From a virus (lineage: Duplodnaviria > Caudoviricetes), in IMG/VR virus record IMGVR_UViG_3300031992_000021, positions 32,001 through 96,000 of that record: 64,000 bases of DNA. One strand, given 5' to 3'. Below, piece after piece: positions 35,201 through 42,842 of this stretch. The notes under the pieces are model-generated. The model saw nothing but the letters and a program-made list of their open reading frames with translations, made no database searches and was not told the DNA's origin. Position 1 is the stretch's first letter, and every line of letters starts with the position of its first letter. The position numbers and the translations under genes are program-made.

Positions 35201-35266
35201 CGTGTCTGCGTCAAGACTGTCCCCGTTCGAGAACTTCTTAAGCTGCGACCACATCTCCTTAGACAT
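32252..35266 (-). CDS. Large baseplate/proximal tail-fibre protein with the shared C-terminal module
   Basis: NGD..DA..LN.PI.QL..RT.YL fibre-attachment N-terminus. PG.YYLS...AG.LT..P. Ends YARDKDTGLYHEV...VDQEGVVR. Confidence 0.7.
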   Translation of the reverse strand: MSKEMWSQLKKFSNGDSLDADTLNVPIGQLGDRTSYLYARLKELLASGKMSSVILTGVNLSTDTGKEPDVGNVVYLDSETQRFAAAKATMSLYDDFKAADSAFTVGILQSKSGSTGNVIVYGSLNLNPGGSPFMVSNMLESGEKYRPGRYYLSANEAGRLTADPNGPLIYVCTISGGVVSGGFDGMAIVSPQFLDIGTSHIHRTAVLTARPAGTKSTAGYLPIDETFSDAQVGPLALRFGGTWTSDKEVSYSFYLDQSSADWPTGVVLRWRENGKESESFKVQIHAPDEEVKISNGLTARLSLPASGPSNAYSNLSANQRTWEDLVFPEAGRGWLDHEARGIAGDGSGVTVSIRGRFDSIRTSVKVVFPDVLQICSIASISDGDEFSFGGKTYEFTADTSAYSGENTPVAIGTCLADSVLFLVEALSKDNPNDDVVSFAVHESNSGNSAKLLVIGYDDTERVSVDGTIITSDPEIVEGSDFTVKGATGIKSVVHDGNGRVLSDGPIVEDISSYVWKSAREDGRLNLLVHQHSEGSVSVGSGTVVSGVVTDYEPESLFDYVIGMDPKIANYWPPVPPKSAALIVNGVEMDNKAILKDSPTVSFCRDTIHWFSSERGKKPWPEGFVRRGAKIDPAYDKTQVMHWVRGFQGATGPVTSLQVRAGSPLKVYGYGTDGDANTGDLELAAEFDFRLENGGAPGFNVPKRTRDGVLIAGPVVERIVGGAGVSVISRAGCPDGQGTVVIALDNGAYRNQFTDIALENSEQAKIGMFPYIRLRGYSGSTIASPSAFTATMRVPTNLPDGKYALMVSASVFGETGFTGQSKRSACIKFAYNILPDFSAGEGMMYRNLKTSLLKPDSERTVLIPFGHPADGGIEYNGFDPVFITTDDKSLVDKDDVIAKVLGKSLPSAADFAVQEISPELRPGYLVGVRISRAVMQAEDEEPYTHGIGFINLSWSLVSLDDYGAVPRIPSDLYARDKDTGLYHEVTASTVDGQTSLEVDQEGVVR

Positions 35267-35282
35267 GAATGCCTCCTTAGAC

Positions 35283-35957
35283 TTACTTGAAAACGACCGT
35301 CCAGTCGAGAGCTATCTCGAATCCGCTCGGCTTCTGGAGATATGCTCCGCCTTCCTTCAGGGAAACCCTTGAAAGAACATGGTACTTCCCTTCGTGGAAC
35401 GCAAGAAGCACGGCCTGATAGATGTAGCTTCCTCCCTCGAACGCACGCGACCTTATGAGCCCGGCGTCCTGCGAGTTCGACACGGCATGGAACGTGATCG
35501 CGTTTGAACCTGTCGACAGGATGTGGCTGTAGTCTCCGTCAGGAGAATCGGAACCGGACGAATCGGATCCCGACGAACTGGAGGATCCCGAATCTCCGGA
35601 CGGAGCGGGCGCCGGCTTTTCCGACCCGAGAGTCGGATGGAACGAGAATCCGACGACCTGTATGTCGACGTCGTCGCGGCTTGAACTTGACGAAAGCTCC
35701 TCAAGCAGCGAATCCCAGTCCTGGCTCCTCGTGATGACGGATTCCGTCGGCATTGCCGACTGGTTTCCGTATATGAAGCCGATCTTGGCCGGTATGAACG
35801 ATGGGTCTCCTCCGAACGCCGCCGCCATCGCTTCCGCAGACATGAAGCTCAGCGTGTTGTGGCGCATGTCGAACGGAATCTTCCTTCCGGTTGAAACGTC
35901 GACGAACGAGGGGTTCACGAAACCTCTCGCCAGGCACGCAATGTCATCAATCCTCAT
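35283..35957 (-). CDS. Baseplate/tail-collar-type protein with Ser-rich inserts
   Basis: HN.L.....A.A..GG N-terminal pattern and K......W.V.F C-terminus. Position after the wedge genes. Confidence 0.6.
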   Translation of the reverse strand: MRIDDIACLARGFVNPSFVDVSTGRKIPFDMRHNTLSFMSAEAMAAAFGGDPSFIPAKIGFIYGNQSAMPTESVITRSQDWDSLLEELSSSSSRDDVDIQVVGFSFHPTLGSEKPAPAPSGDSGSSSSSGSDSSGSDSPDGDYSHILSTGSNAITFHAVSNSQDAGLIRSRAFEGGSYIYQAVLLAFHEGKYHVLSRVSLKEGGAYLQKPSGFEIALDWTVVFK

Positions 35958-37623
35958 TCTCTTCCTCCTTGTGTCCCCGCGTCTTTGCGGGAGACGGTCT
36001 TACAAATCTCATCGAAACACGCTCACCGAACGACGCAGGCCTACCCGACAGTCCGGGAAGAGGTCCTCCGATAACGCATTCCACAGCTCTCGGCAGGGCG
36101 GCAGCCATCGAGCCAAGCTCATTCGCCTCGCCCATGTCCATCCTGTCGCCATCGACGGCGCTGTGCTCCACCAGGAAGAGCCTCATCGCCGACGGAACGG
36201 CATCAGATAGCATATCAAAAAACATGGGGTTCCGCATCATCGAAGCGTCGTCTATCTGCGACTTGTCGACTACTACGAAGATGGTGTTCGCGCCTACGAG
36301 ATGCCTCAGGAAGAACCATGCGGGGGAAACCACAGACCCCTCCGGACCTATGAGAGACTCCATCTTGACGCCCTTCTCGTCCGCAGACTTCCAGATGTCC
36401 TCCCAGAATGATTCGACGTCGGATTCGGTTCCTCCTACGTCGAAGTATAGGCGGTCTGGGCGTCCTTTTCTGCTCTTTACGACCGAATGCCCCCACATGG
36501 CGTACACCCCGTACTCCGTCTTCGCCCTCAGAAGAGCCGGCGGAAGAGACACGGACGGTATGTCCTGTTCAAGAGGGACGGAGAACGGGCTTTCATGAGG
36601 CGTATTGAGGTTCTGGTATATCCTCACCGATTCGTCAAGGAAGTCTCCGCGCTTCATGACGGATCCGATGTGCAACCCCTTTACAAGCCTCGCCTTCGGC
36701 GATATCCTGTATTCGCCATGATCCGTGATCACGGACGTGAAACCTTCCCCTGAAGTAATGTCGACAACCGTCTCGCGCTCTGTCTGTATCACAGGTACGT
36801 TCAGCATTGCAGCCACCAGGGTTCGCACGAGTTCAGGCGTAAGTCCGCATGCGACAGAGTCCCATGCCGCGTTCAATATGCGCTTGACCGCCGCCGAAGA
36901 AGGCGCATTGGCGCCAAGGGCGTACGAGATGTGGTCTGCCATGTAGTTCTTGTCGATAAGCACGTCGGAAGCCCATAGAACCGCCTCCATGTCCGCGGAC
37001 TGACGTCCGTCCTCGTCTATCATGTCCGGAACGTCGTACCGACCGAACGCCGAACCGTCTCCAAGAGGGTCGTTCGCTACGTGGAATATGATGGATCCGT
37101 TTCTGATGACGAAATCCACGTCCCTCTGCATGAACACCTTCGGGTTCACGATGTTGTCGACGATCGTCATCGCGCCACCGGCTATCTCTGCGTCTATCGG
37201 GTATGTGACGTAGTTCTTGTACGCGCCGATCCTGCCAATCTCGAGAACGGTTCCGATTCCGTATGGCTCCTCCGACGTCTGAGGTCCTATCGTACCCTCT
37301 CCTCCCACGACGAGCAGATTCTCCTGCGACTTGTTCCTCGTGGAACGTTTTACGACGATCGGATGCCATAGCTCACGGTGGAACACCGGCGCTCCCCTGC
37401 GGTCCTGAAGCTTCGCCGCCTCCAGGATGTCGAGATAGAGCTGTGCGAGGCGTATGCCACGAGCAGCCTGAAGCCCCCTGACCATTCCGTCACCCTCGTG
37501 GAGTCCGCGCCACAGGCTTCCGAGCCACGAATAGAGCGTGTTTCCTGAAGACTCGGCGAAACCGTCCGGCAGCTGCACCGACGAGTTCATCTCCTGCTCT
37601 GTCTGTCCGTAGATGTTCTCCAT
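35947..37623 (-). CDS. Baseplate wedge subunit
   Basis: Synteny: directly after the baseplate J-like gene. Confidence 0.55.
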   Translation of the reverse strand: MENIYGQTEQEMNSSVQLPDGFAESSGNTLYSWLGSLWRGLHEGDGMVRGLQAARGIRLAQLYLDILEAAKLQDRRGAPVFHRELWHPIVVKRSTRNKSQENLLVVGGEGTIGPQTSEEPYGIGTVLEIGRIGAYKNYVTYPIDAEIAGGAMTIVDNIVNPKVFMQRDVDFVIRNGSIIFHVANDPLGDGSAFGRYDVPDMIDEDGRQSADMEAVLWASDVLIDKNYMADHISYALGANAPSSAAVKRILNAAWDSVACGLTPELVRTLVAAMLNVPVIQTERETVVDITSGEGFTSVITDHGEYRISPKARLVKGLHIGSVMKRGDFLDESVRIYQNLNTPHESPFSVPLEQDIPSVSLPPALLRAKTEYGVYAMWGHSVVKSRKGRPDRLYFDVGGTESDVESFWEDIWKSADEKGVKMESLIGPEGSVVSPAWFFLRHLVGANTIFVVVDKSQIDDASMMRNPMFFDMLSDAVPSAMRLFLVEHSAVDGDRMDMGEANELGSMAAALPRAVECVIGGPLPGLSGRPASFGERVSMRFVRPSPAKTRGHKEEENED

Positions 37624-37638
37624 GCCCTTCTTCCTTTC

Positions 37639-39300
37639 TCACGATACGGGCGTGAGCTTTATCTGGACGTTCCTCTCCTCGGCGCAGAACACCACGGTGT
37701 CTTTCGTGAGCATCGCAGCGCCGTCCTCTATCGAAGATATGTCGAGCGCGTCGCCGGACAGCACGTGCCTTTCGCCGGCCGCGTCGTGAAGCTCTCCGAA
37801 CAGCATGTCCTGGTTCGGCATCTCAACGGACACCGCTCCGAGGTTCTTCAGTATCTGGACCACCTCGGACCTAGTGAGGCGCCCAACGAATCCAAGGTTG
37901 TTTATGTACGTCCTTATCCTCGACTTTGCGAGCGACTCGTCCAACGGGTTCTTCGGGTCGTAGCTCGCAACTGCGTTCACAGATACGCTGCACACGATCG
38001 GGCAGCGCACGACCACGTCGGTCGATACGCTCCTCACATCGTCTCGGTCAACGAAATCCTGGACCTCCTTCGCGAGAGGCATGCAGTATGCCGTGACCTT
38101 GAACTTCCTGACGTCGGACCATCCGTCCTCAAGGTCTGCAGGGACTTCCTCAAGGAACACCCTGAACCCCTGCCATACCGTGTTGAAGGCCTCTATCGCC
38201 GCCTTCGCCGGAACGGATCCGTCGATGTCGTGCCAGGTACCAGAGATATCGGCACTCCTCTCCGCGGAGAACGCGAGCGTCGAAAGGACGTCCTCCGTGC
38301 CCTCGGAGCTGAACGGATCGGAGACGGACTTTATCCAGCACGAACCTGGAAACGCCCCCGGAGGAACCTCTATGAGATACTTTCCGTCCTGTATCTTCGT
38401 GCCGTTCATCGTGAGAGTGGACGTGAACGGATCCGTGAAGTTCCTGACGTACACGTCTATCCTTCCGCCCACACCGACTCCGAACAGGTTGTGCTTGTCC
38501 CTTCTCTGCGCCGGATTGCCGTATCCAACTGCCGAAACTGCGACGATTGGATGCTCGCCTTCGTCGAACTCTCCGCGCAGCATACCCTCGACTGCGGTCT
38601 TGCTGACGAATCCCCGGATGGACAGTCCGGACGGTATGCTCTTGATGACGTCTCCGATCGGCTCCACGTCCGAACCTCCGCAGAAGTCCTTGTAGGCCTC
38701 CGCCATGACGAACGACGGAACCCTTGACTCAGGCGTGAGCGAAGTGCCCTGGGATACGTTTCCGCCGGCTCCCACCTCAGACGCAGTGACCGGGACGAGA
38801 AAGAACCATCCGGCCGCGCCTTGATACAGAGTCGTGGTCGGCGTGACGCTAGGATTCGACACGTCGGCCAACGATGCTACCACCTGGGAATCGGCCGTGT
38901 ATGCGCGTCCGTCTGCGGTAGAGAACACCGCTCCTTCGGGCACCGAGTATGCAACCGTTCCGTCTGCGACGACGATCTTGACAAGGCCTTTGGCCGGCGT
39001 TCCTGAATGAGGCTTGATGTTGAAGTTCGACAGGATCGCGTCGACATCCTCCTGGTCTATGCTCTCGCCTGCGTCCTGCGCCTCCTTGAGTCGCTTGAGC
39101 GACGAGGATTTCCTCGCCTCGGCAATCTGCCCCGACGTTACGGCCTCTATGGCGGCCTCCGGGTTCACAAGAAGGTCGCGCAGGACGGTTCCGTCCCTCG
39201 TGTCGAGCCTTCCGTTGAACGCCTTGATGCCCGACACCACCGTCTCCGCGGCGGAGTCGAAATCTTCCTGCGATATGTCAGCAAGGGTTATCTTCTTCAT
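37639..39300 (-). CDS. Baseplate J-like (T4 gp6-type) wedge protein
   Basis: LDTR.GTVLRDLLV.P, A.G.V.I....VP.G..F.T.DG..Y, VPVTA..G..GN, GG.D.E, GG.IDVYV. Confidence 0.85.
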   Translation of the reverse strand: MKKITLADISQEDFDSAAETVVSGIKAFNGRLDTRDGTVLRDLLVNPEAAIEAVTSGQIAEARKSSSLKRLKEAQDAGESIDQEDVDAILSNFNIKPHSGTPAKGLVKIVVADGTVAYSVPEGAVFSTADGRAYTADSQVVASLADVSNPSVTPTTTLYQGAAGWFFLVPVTASEVGAGGNVSQGTSLTPESRVPSFVMAEAYKDFCGGSDVEPIGDVIKSIPSGLSIRGFVSKTAVEGMLRGEFDEGEHPIVAVSAVGYGNPAQRRDKHNLFGVGVGGRIDVYVRNFTDPFTSTLTMNGTKIQDGKYLIEVPPGAFPGSCWIKSVSDPFSSEGTEDVLSTLAFSAERSADISGTWHDIDGSVPAKAAIEAFNTVWQGFRVFLEEVPADLEDGWSDVRKFKVTAYCMPLAKEVQDFVDRDDVRSVSTDVVVRCPIVCSVSVNAVASYDPKNPLDESLAKSRIRTYINNLGFVGRLTRSEVVQILKNLGAVSVEMPNQDMLFGELHDAAGERHVLSGDALDISSIEDGAAMLTKDTVVFCAEERNVQIKLTPVS

Positions 39301-39794
39301 CAGTGCACTCCTACCCCTACAGGGATTATGTAGACATACGAATCGCCGGCGGCTGTCGTAAGCCTTACGGAAATCTTGACCATCGACCTCTCCCTGGAGA
39401 ACTCAAGATCGGTCACGTCTGACGCGACCAGCCTCTCGTCGTCGGGAGTGTCCTCGCCCTCGTCTGCAAGCATTATCTGCCGTCCGGCCATAAGGTTCGC
39501 CTCGGCTGCCGACGATTCGAGCGTTGCCATGCTGTACACCATTCCGGCCGCGACCCTTGGAACGATTTCAGTCCCGTGGCCCTGCCTGAACCTGGTGCTT
39601 CCGATGGCGTTTATGAACGCTATGGCGTATCGCTGCGCCATCTTCTCCACCCCTGAAACGATCATCGGCTCGTCCACGACGTTCGACACGTCGAGGTCGA
39701 CCCTTTTGTTGACAGCCGGGACTGCAAGAACCGTCTTCAGGAGAAGCAGGTCCACCGTCCTTCCGGAATAGTCTATTTTCTGCCTGCTATTCAT
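39300..39794 (-). CDS. gp25-like baseplate wedge / sheath initiator
   Basis: G.EKM.Q......IGS..F...GT and PDDERL motifs. Directly precedes baseplate J. Confidence 0.7.
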   Translation of the reverse strand: MNSRQKIDYSGRTVDLLLLKTVLAVPAVNKRVDLDVSNVVDEPMIVSGVEKMAQRYAIAFINAIGSTRFRQGHGTEIVPRVAAGMVYSMATLESSAAEANLMAGRQIMLADEGEDTPDDERLVASDVTDLEFSRERSMVKISVRLTTAAGDSYVYIIPVGVGVH

Positions 39795-40164
39795 CGAACT
39801 CGTCCTTTGCTGCCTTTAGCGGAGATCTTGACGTAACGAGAGGCGTTCTTATGTCGATGAGACATGAAACATCGCACCTTCCGAAGTCATCGTTGAACTC
39901 TCTCCATCCGCCGATGCAGAAGCTGACCATCCTCCTGTATCGGATCAGCTTCTCCATGTCCTGCTTTGGCTTGTTGTACTCCTGGACCCACTTGTCGCAG
40001 TCGTCCTTCCAGTCGAACAGCTTCAGCACATCGTCCAGAGTCTTTCCGTTCCTCTGGAGGATCGACTTGTAGGGTTTGTCCTTCGCGAAGACATCGCGGA
40101 ACCCCTTTCCGACGTCGCCATGGTCCTCGATGAGGAAATCTACCGCTTCCTTTGCGCCCATCAC
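39787..40164 (-). CDS. Hypothetical protein
   Basis: Coupled ORF between the sigma-like and gp25-like genes. Confidence 0.6.
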   Translation of the reverse strand: MMGAKEAVDFLIEDHGDVGKGFRDVFAKDKPYKSILQRNGKTLDDVLKLFDWKDDCDKWVQEYNKPKQDMEKLIRYRRMVSFCIGGWREFNDDFGRCDVSCLIDIRTPLVTSRSPLKAAKDEFDE

Positions 40165-40883
40165 AGCCTCCTTGCCGCATCTGCGATGTCGCGTCCGATC
40201 GCCGCAGACCGCTGCGAAACCGCAGCCGGCGAAATCTTAAGCATGTCCGCAAGGCTTGATCCAGACGACTGGGTCTTGCCGTGCATTCCGGTCTTTCCGT
40301 CGAATATGGCCTTGTCCTTGTCGTCCAGGCCCATGTATACCGCTTCCGCGGCATACGGGACCTTGCTCGGCCTGACAAGTCCAGGCTCTGCCGCGGATCC
40401 CTCTCCCTCGTCGTCCTCTCCGAACGAGCTTCCGCTTATGGAAGCGACTGCGGACTTTCTGATTTCCCCTATCGTCTTTGCGCTCCAGCCGGTCTCGTCG
40501 ACAAGCTCCTCGTCTGTCGGCTTCCGTCCGAGATCGTCCTCCATGCGCTTTTCGATCGCGGAAAGCTCGGCAGCGTTCCTGAGCATCACCTCTGAAGCCC
40601 TGACCGGCCTGAGGCGCTTGCCATATCTCGAAAGCTGCTTCAGGTTCGTCACCACCCATGAGTTAAGTCTGGTTCCTCCCATGGGATCGAAGGACTTTAT
40701 AGCCTGCGTCACGAGGAACCTGCCTCTCGACCTGAGCAGCTCCTTCGGGCCTGAATACTGCATGATCTCCGCGTTCACGGTCGGCATGAACGCATCCACA
40801 AGCCCGGCCATGTTTTCCGGAGTGCGGTTCACAACCCATGCGTTATACGCTCTCGAATAGCTGTCGTTTCCCTTTGGGTCCAT
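40161..40883 (-). CDS. Sigma-70-family (FliA/group 3-like) RNA polymerase sigma factor
   Basis: Region 2 AIKSFDP..G....SW. Region 3 LGRKPTDEEL...TG. Region 4 LDDKDK.IF......LA.ML.IS..AVSQ. Confidence 0.8.
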   Translation of the reverse strand: MDPKGNDSYSRAYNAWVVNRTPENMAGLVDAFMPTVNAEIMQYSGPKELLRSRGRFLVTQAIKSFDPMGGTRLNSWVVTNLKQLSRYGKRLRPVRASEVMLRNAAELSAIEKRMEDDLGRKPTDEELVDETGWSAKTIGEIRKSAVASISGSSFGEDDEGEGSAAEPGLVRPSKVPYAAEAVYMGLDDKDKAIFDGKTGMHGKTQSSGSSLADMLKISPAAVSQRSAAIGRDIADAARRL

Positions 40884-40892
40884 GGTTTCTCC

Positions 40893-42377
40893 TTATTCGT
40901 ATGCCGCGTTCTTTGAACCGGCGGCGATGGCGACCGCGCCTCCGATCTTGAAGCTCTCCTCCGGTCTTACGTACGACATTTCGACCGTCGTCGAACACCC
41001 TCCGCTTGTCGTCATGTGATGTACGATCTGCCTTGCGTATCCGTAGTAGATGTCCTTCCCTTCCGACACGAAACGGCACGTGTTTCCGGGGAGGATGAGG
41101 TTTCCGTCCATGTCTGTGAACCACATGGCCATCTGCGCCTTTGCGTGTATCATGGACGCCGCGGTTATCTCGTACACGGCCTTGCAGTACTTTTCTATGA
41201 CAGCGTTGTAGTTGTCCGCCGCCTCCTTCTGCATGTCTACGTTTCCGAGCGATATCGCCGCGCCGTACGTTGCGTCCCTCCTGAACGCCGAGTCGAGAAC
41301 GGCCGGCGCGGACGTCTTCATTATCCTTCCGTCGGCCTTCGTGGTGTCGACCCCCGGCGGAACGTACAAAACCTCGCCTACGGGATCCTTCTGGTTGTCG
41401 TTCCCGTTCCTCAGCAGTCCGAGGTTTATGTTGTTGTTGTAGGGTCCGAGCTTACGGCACATCACGCCTGTTATGCGGAACGGATCCATTCCGGGAATCT
41501 CGGTCCAGAAGCACTCCTCGTCGTACAGGCTGATGCTTGCGGTCTTCCACGGCTGCGTCGGCTCTATTACGAGCTTGTCCTTCGTGTAGTTGTTCGATTC
41601 GTTCTGCGTGACGCTAAGAAGCAGGGTTCCGGAAGCGCCAACTATCATGTCCCATGTCGAGGAACCGCCGTTTCCAGGAAGTGCCAGCCTTCCGATCGCC
41701 TGGGCGAGACGCTGCTTTGCGTCGCCGCTGTCGCCTCCGCCTAGGAATATGCCGTTCCCTCCGGAGAACTCAAGGTACTTGTCCGGATCGAACTCCCCTA
41801 CGCCTAGCTGCTCCCTGAACTTCGGAGGATAGTCGTTCGGCGAAGGCCAGAACTCAACGTCCTCGCGGACGCACTTGTACGTGGCCTTTATGACTTCCAG
41901 GAAATTGCCGGCGTCCTTGGTGTCCTCGTTCAGCTTGATGTCAATCATGGACTTCGGAGTCTCGTAAATCGACCCGACCTTCGTGAGCTTGCAGATTGGA
42001 TGCTGGAGTATCACGGATAGGTACGGCGCCGCGGAAGCGCTTACGCTTGAAAGTCCGACCCCTGCAAGTATCCATCCCTTCAGGCTGACGCTGTCGGTGT
42101 TGCCGAGGTCGTCCTTCAGGTTGATGGAAACCTGACCGGTCTGGTTCAGACCCTCTGCCTTTACGGCAAGGTCCCGGTACAGGTCCGAGAAATCAGATAT
42201 CCTCGGCCGCTTGACATTCGGCTTGAGAGGAGTCTTGTCGCCGGCCTTTGAAGGTGCGCACTGGAGCTCTATGCTGGGAATGGCATTAACACCAAGCGTG
42301 ATCGTGAATCCGTTCACGTCAAGCCTCTGTCCTGCAACGCTCGCGTCCACCGAAGCTGTTATGACCCTCGTCTTCAT
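40893..42377 (-). CDS. Baseplate hub protein (gp27/gpD-like)
   Basis: Start moved to ATG 42377 (ATGA overlap). C-terminal PG....F.....YGY...I.H.......T.V...YVR. Synteny after the tape measure. Confidence 0.55.
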   Translation of the reverse strand: MKTRVITASVDASVAGQRLDVNGFTITLGVNAIPSIELQCAPSKAGDKTPLKPNVKRPRISDFSDLYRDLAVKAEGLNQTGQVSINLKDDLGNTDSVSLKGWILAGVGLSSVSASAAPYLSVILQHPICKLTKVGSIYETPKSMIDIKLNEDTKDAGNFLEVIKATYKCVREDVEFWPSPNDYPPKFREQLGVGEFDPDKYLEFSGGNGIFLGGGDSGDAKQRLAQAIGRLALPGNGGSSTWDMIVGASGTLLLSVTQNESNNYTKDKLVIEPTQPWKTASISLYDEECFWTEIPGMDPFRITGVMCRKLGPYNNNINLGLLRNGNDNQKDPVGEVLYVPPGVDTTKADGRIMKTSAPAVLDSAFRRDATYGAAISLGNVDMQKEAADNYNAVIEKYCKAVYEITAASMIHAKAQMAMWFTDMDGNLILPGNTCRFVSEGKDIYYGYARQIVHHMTTSGGCSTTVEMSYVRPEESFKIGGAVAIAAGSKNAAYE

Positions 42378-42838
42378 GATTTCTTCAGCTCCATGATGAA
42401 GTGCGCGGTGCCGTAGCAGATTCCCTTGGCGGCGTCGAGGTTCCCGATGTCGATTCCGGTGAGCCACCCCATCCTCGAGAAGTTTCCGATGGTGACTGCG
42501 GAAGGGGATGTCTTCTTGGATATCCTGCTGTTTACGTACTCCGACAGCCCGCTTTCGATCGCCGACGTGTTGTTGGATCCCTTGCAGCCCTTCTTTCCGA
42601 TGAGTATTGCGAACGTAAGCGACATGGCGCACTGCGCCTGGTTGTTGCCGAGGGCGTAGATGTACGAAACGTCGTCGAAGCACTGGCGTATGTCGGTGAT
42701 CTCTCTCGCCCCTATCGAGAAGTTGACGAGAACCCAGGTGTTGTCCACTACGTCTCCGAGAGCGGAAGCCTTGACGTCCACGGTTGCCGTAGGCCCCCAT
42801 GCCTCTATCGTTCCTGTGTTTGACGAGAATATCTTCAT
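42374..42838 (-). CDS. Tube-like baseplate protein (tail tube initiator candidate)
   Basis: Start moved to ATG 42838. Size and beta pattern are similar to the tube. Directly after the tape measure. Confidence 0.5.
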   Translation of the reverse strand: MKIFSSNTGTIEAWGPTATVDVKASALGDVVDNTWVLVNFSIGAREITDIRQCFDDVSYIYALGNNQAQCAMSLTFAILIGKKGCKGSNNTSAIESGLSEYVNSRISKKTSPSAVTIGNFSRMGWLTGIDIGNLDAAKGICYGTAHFIMELKKS

Positions 42839-42842
42839 GTTG

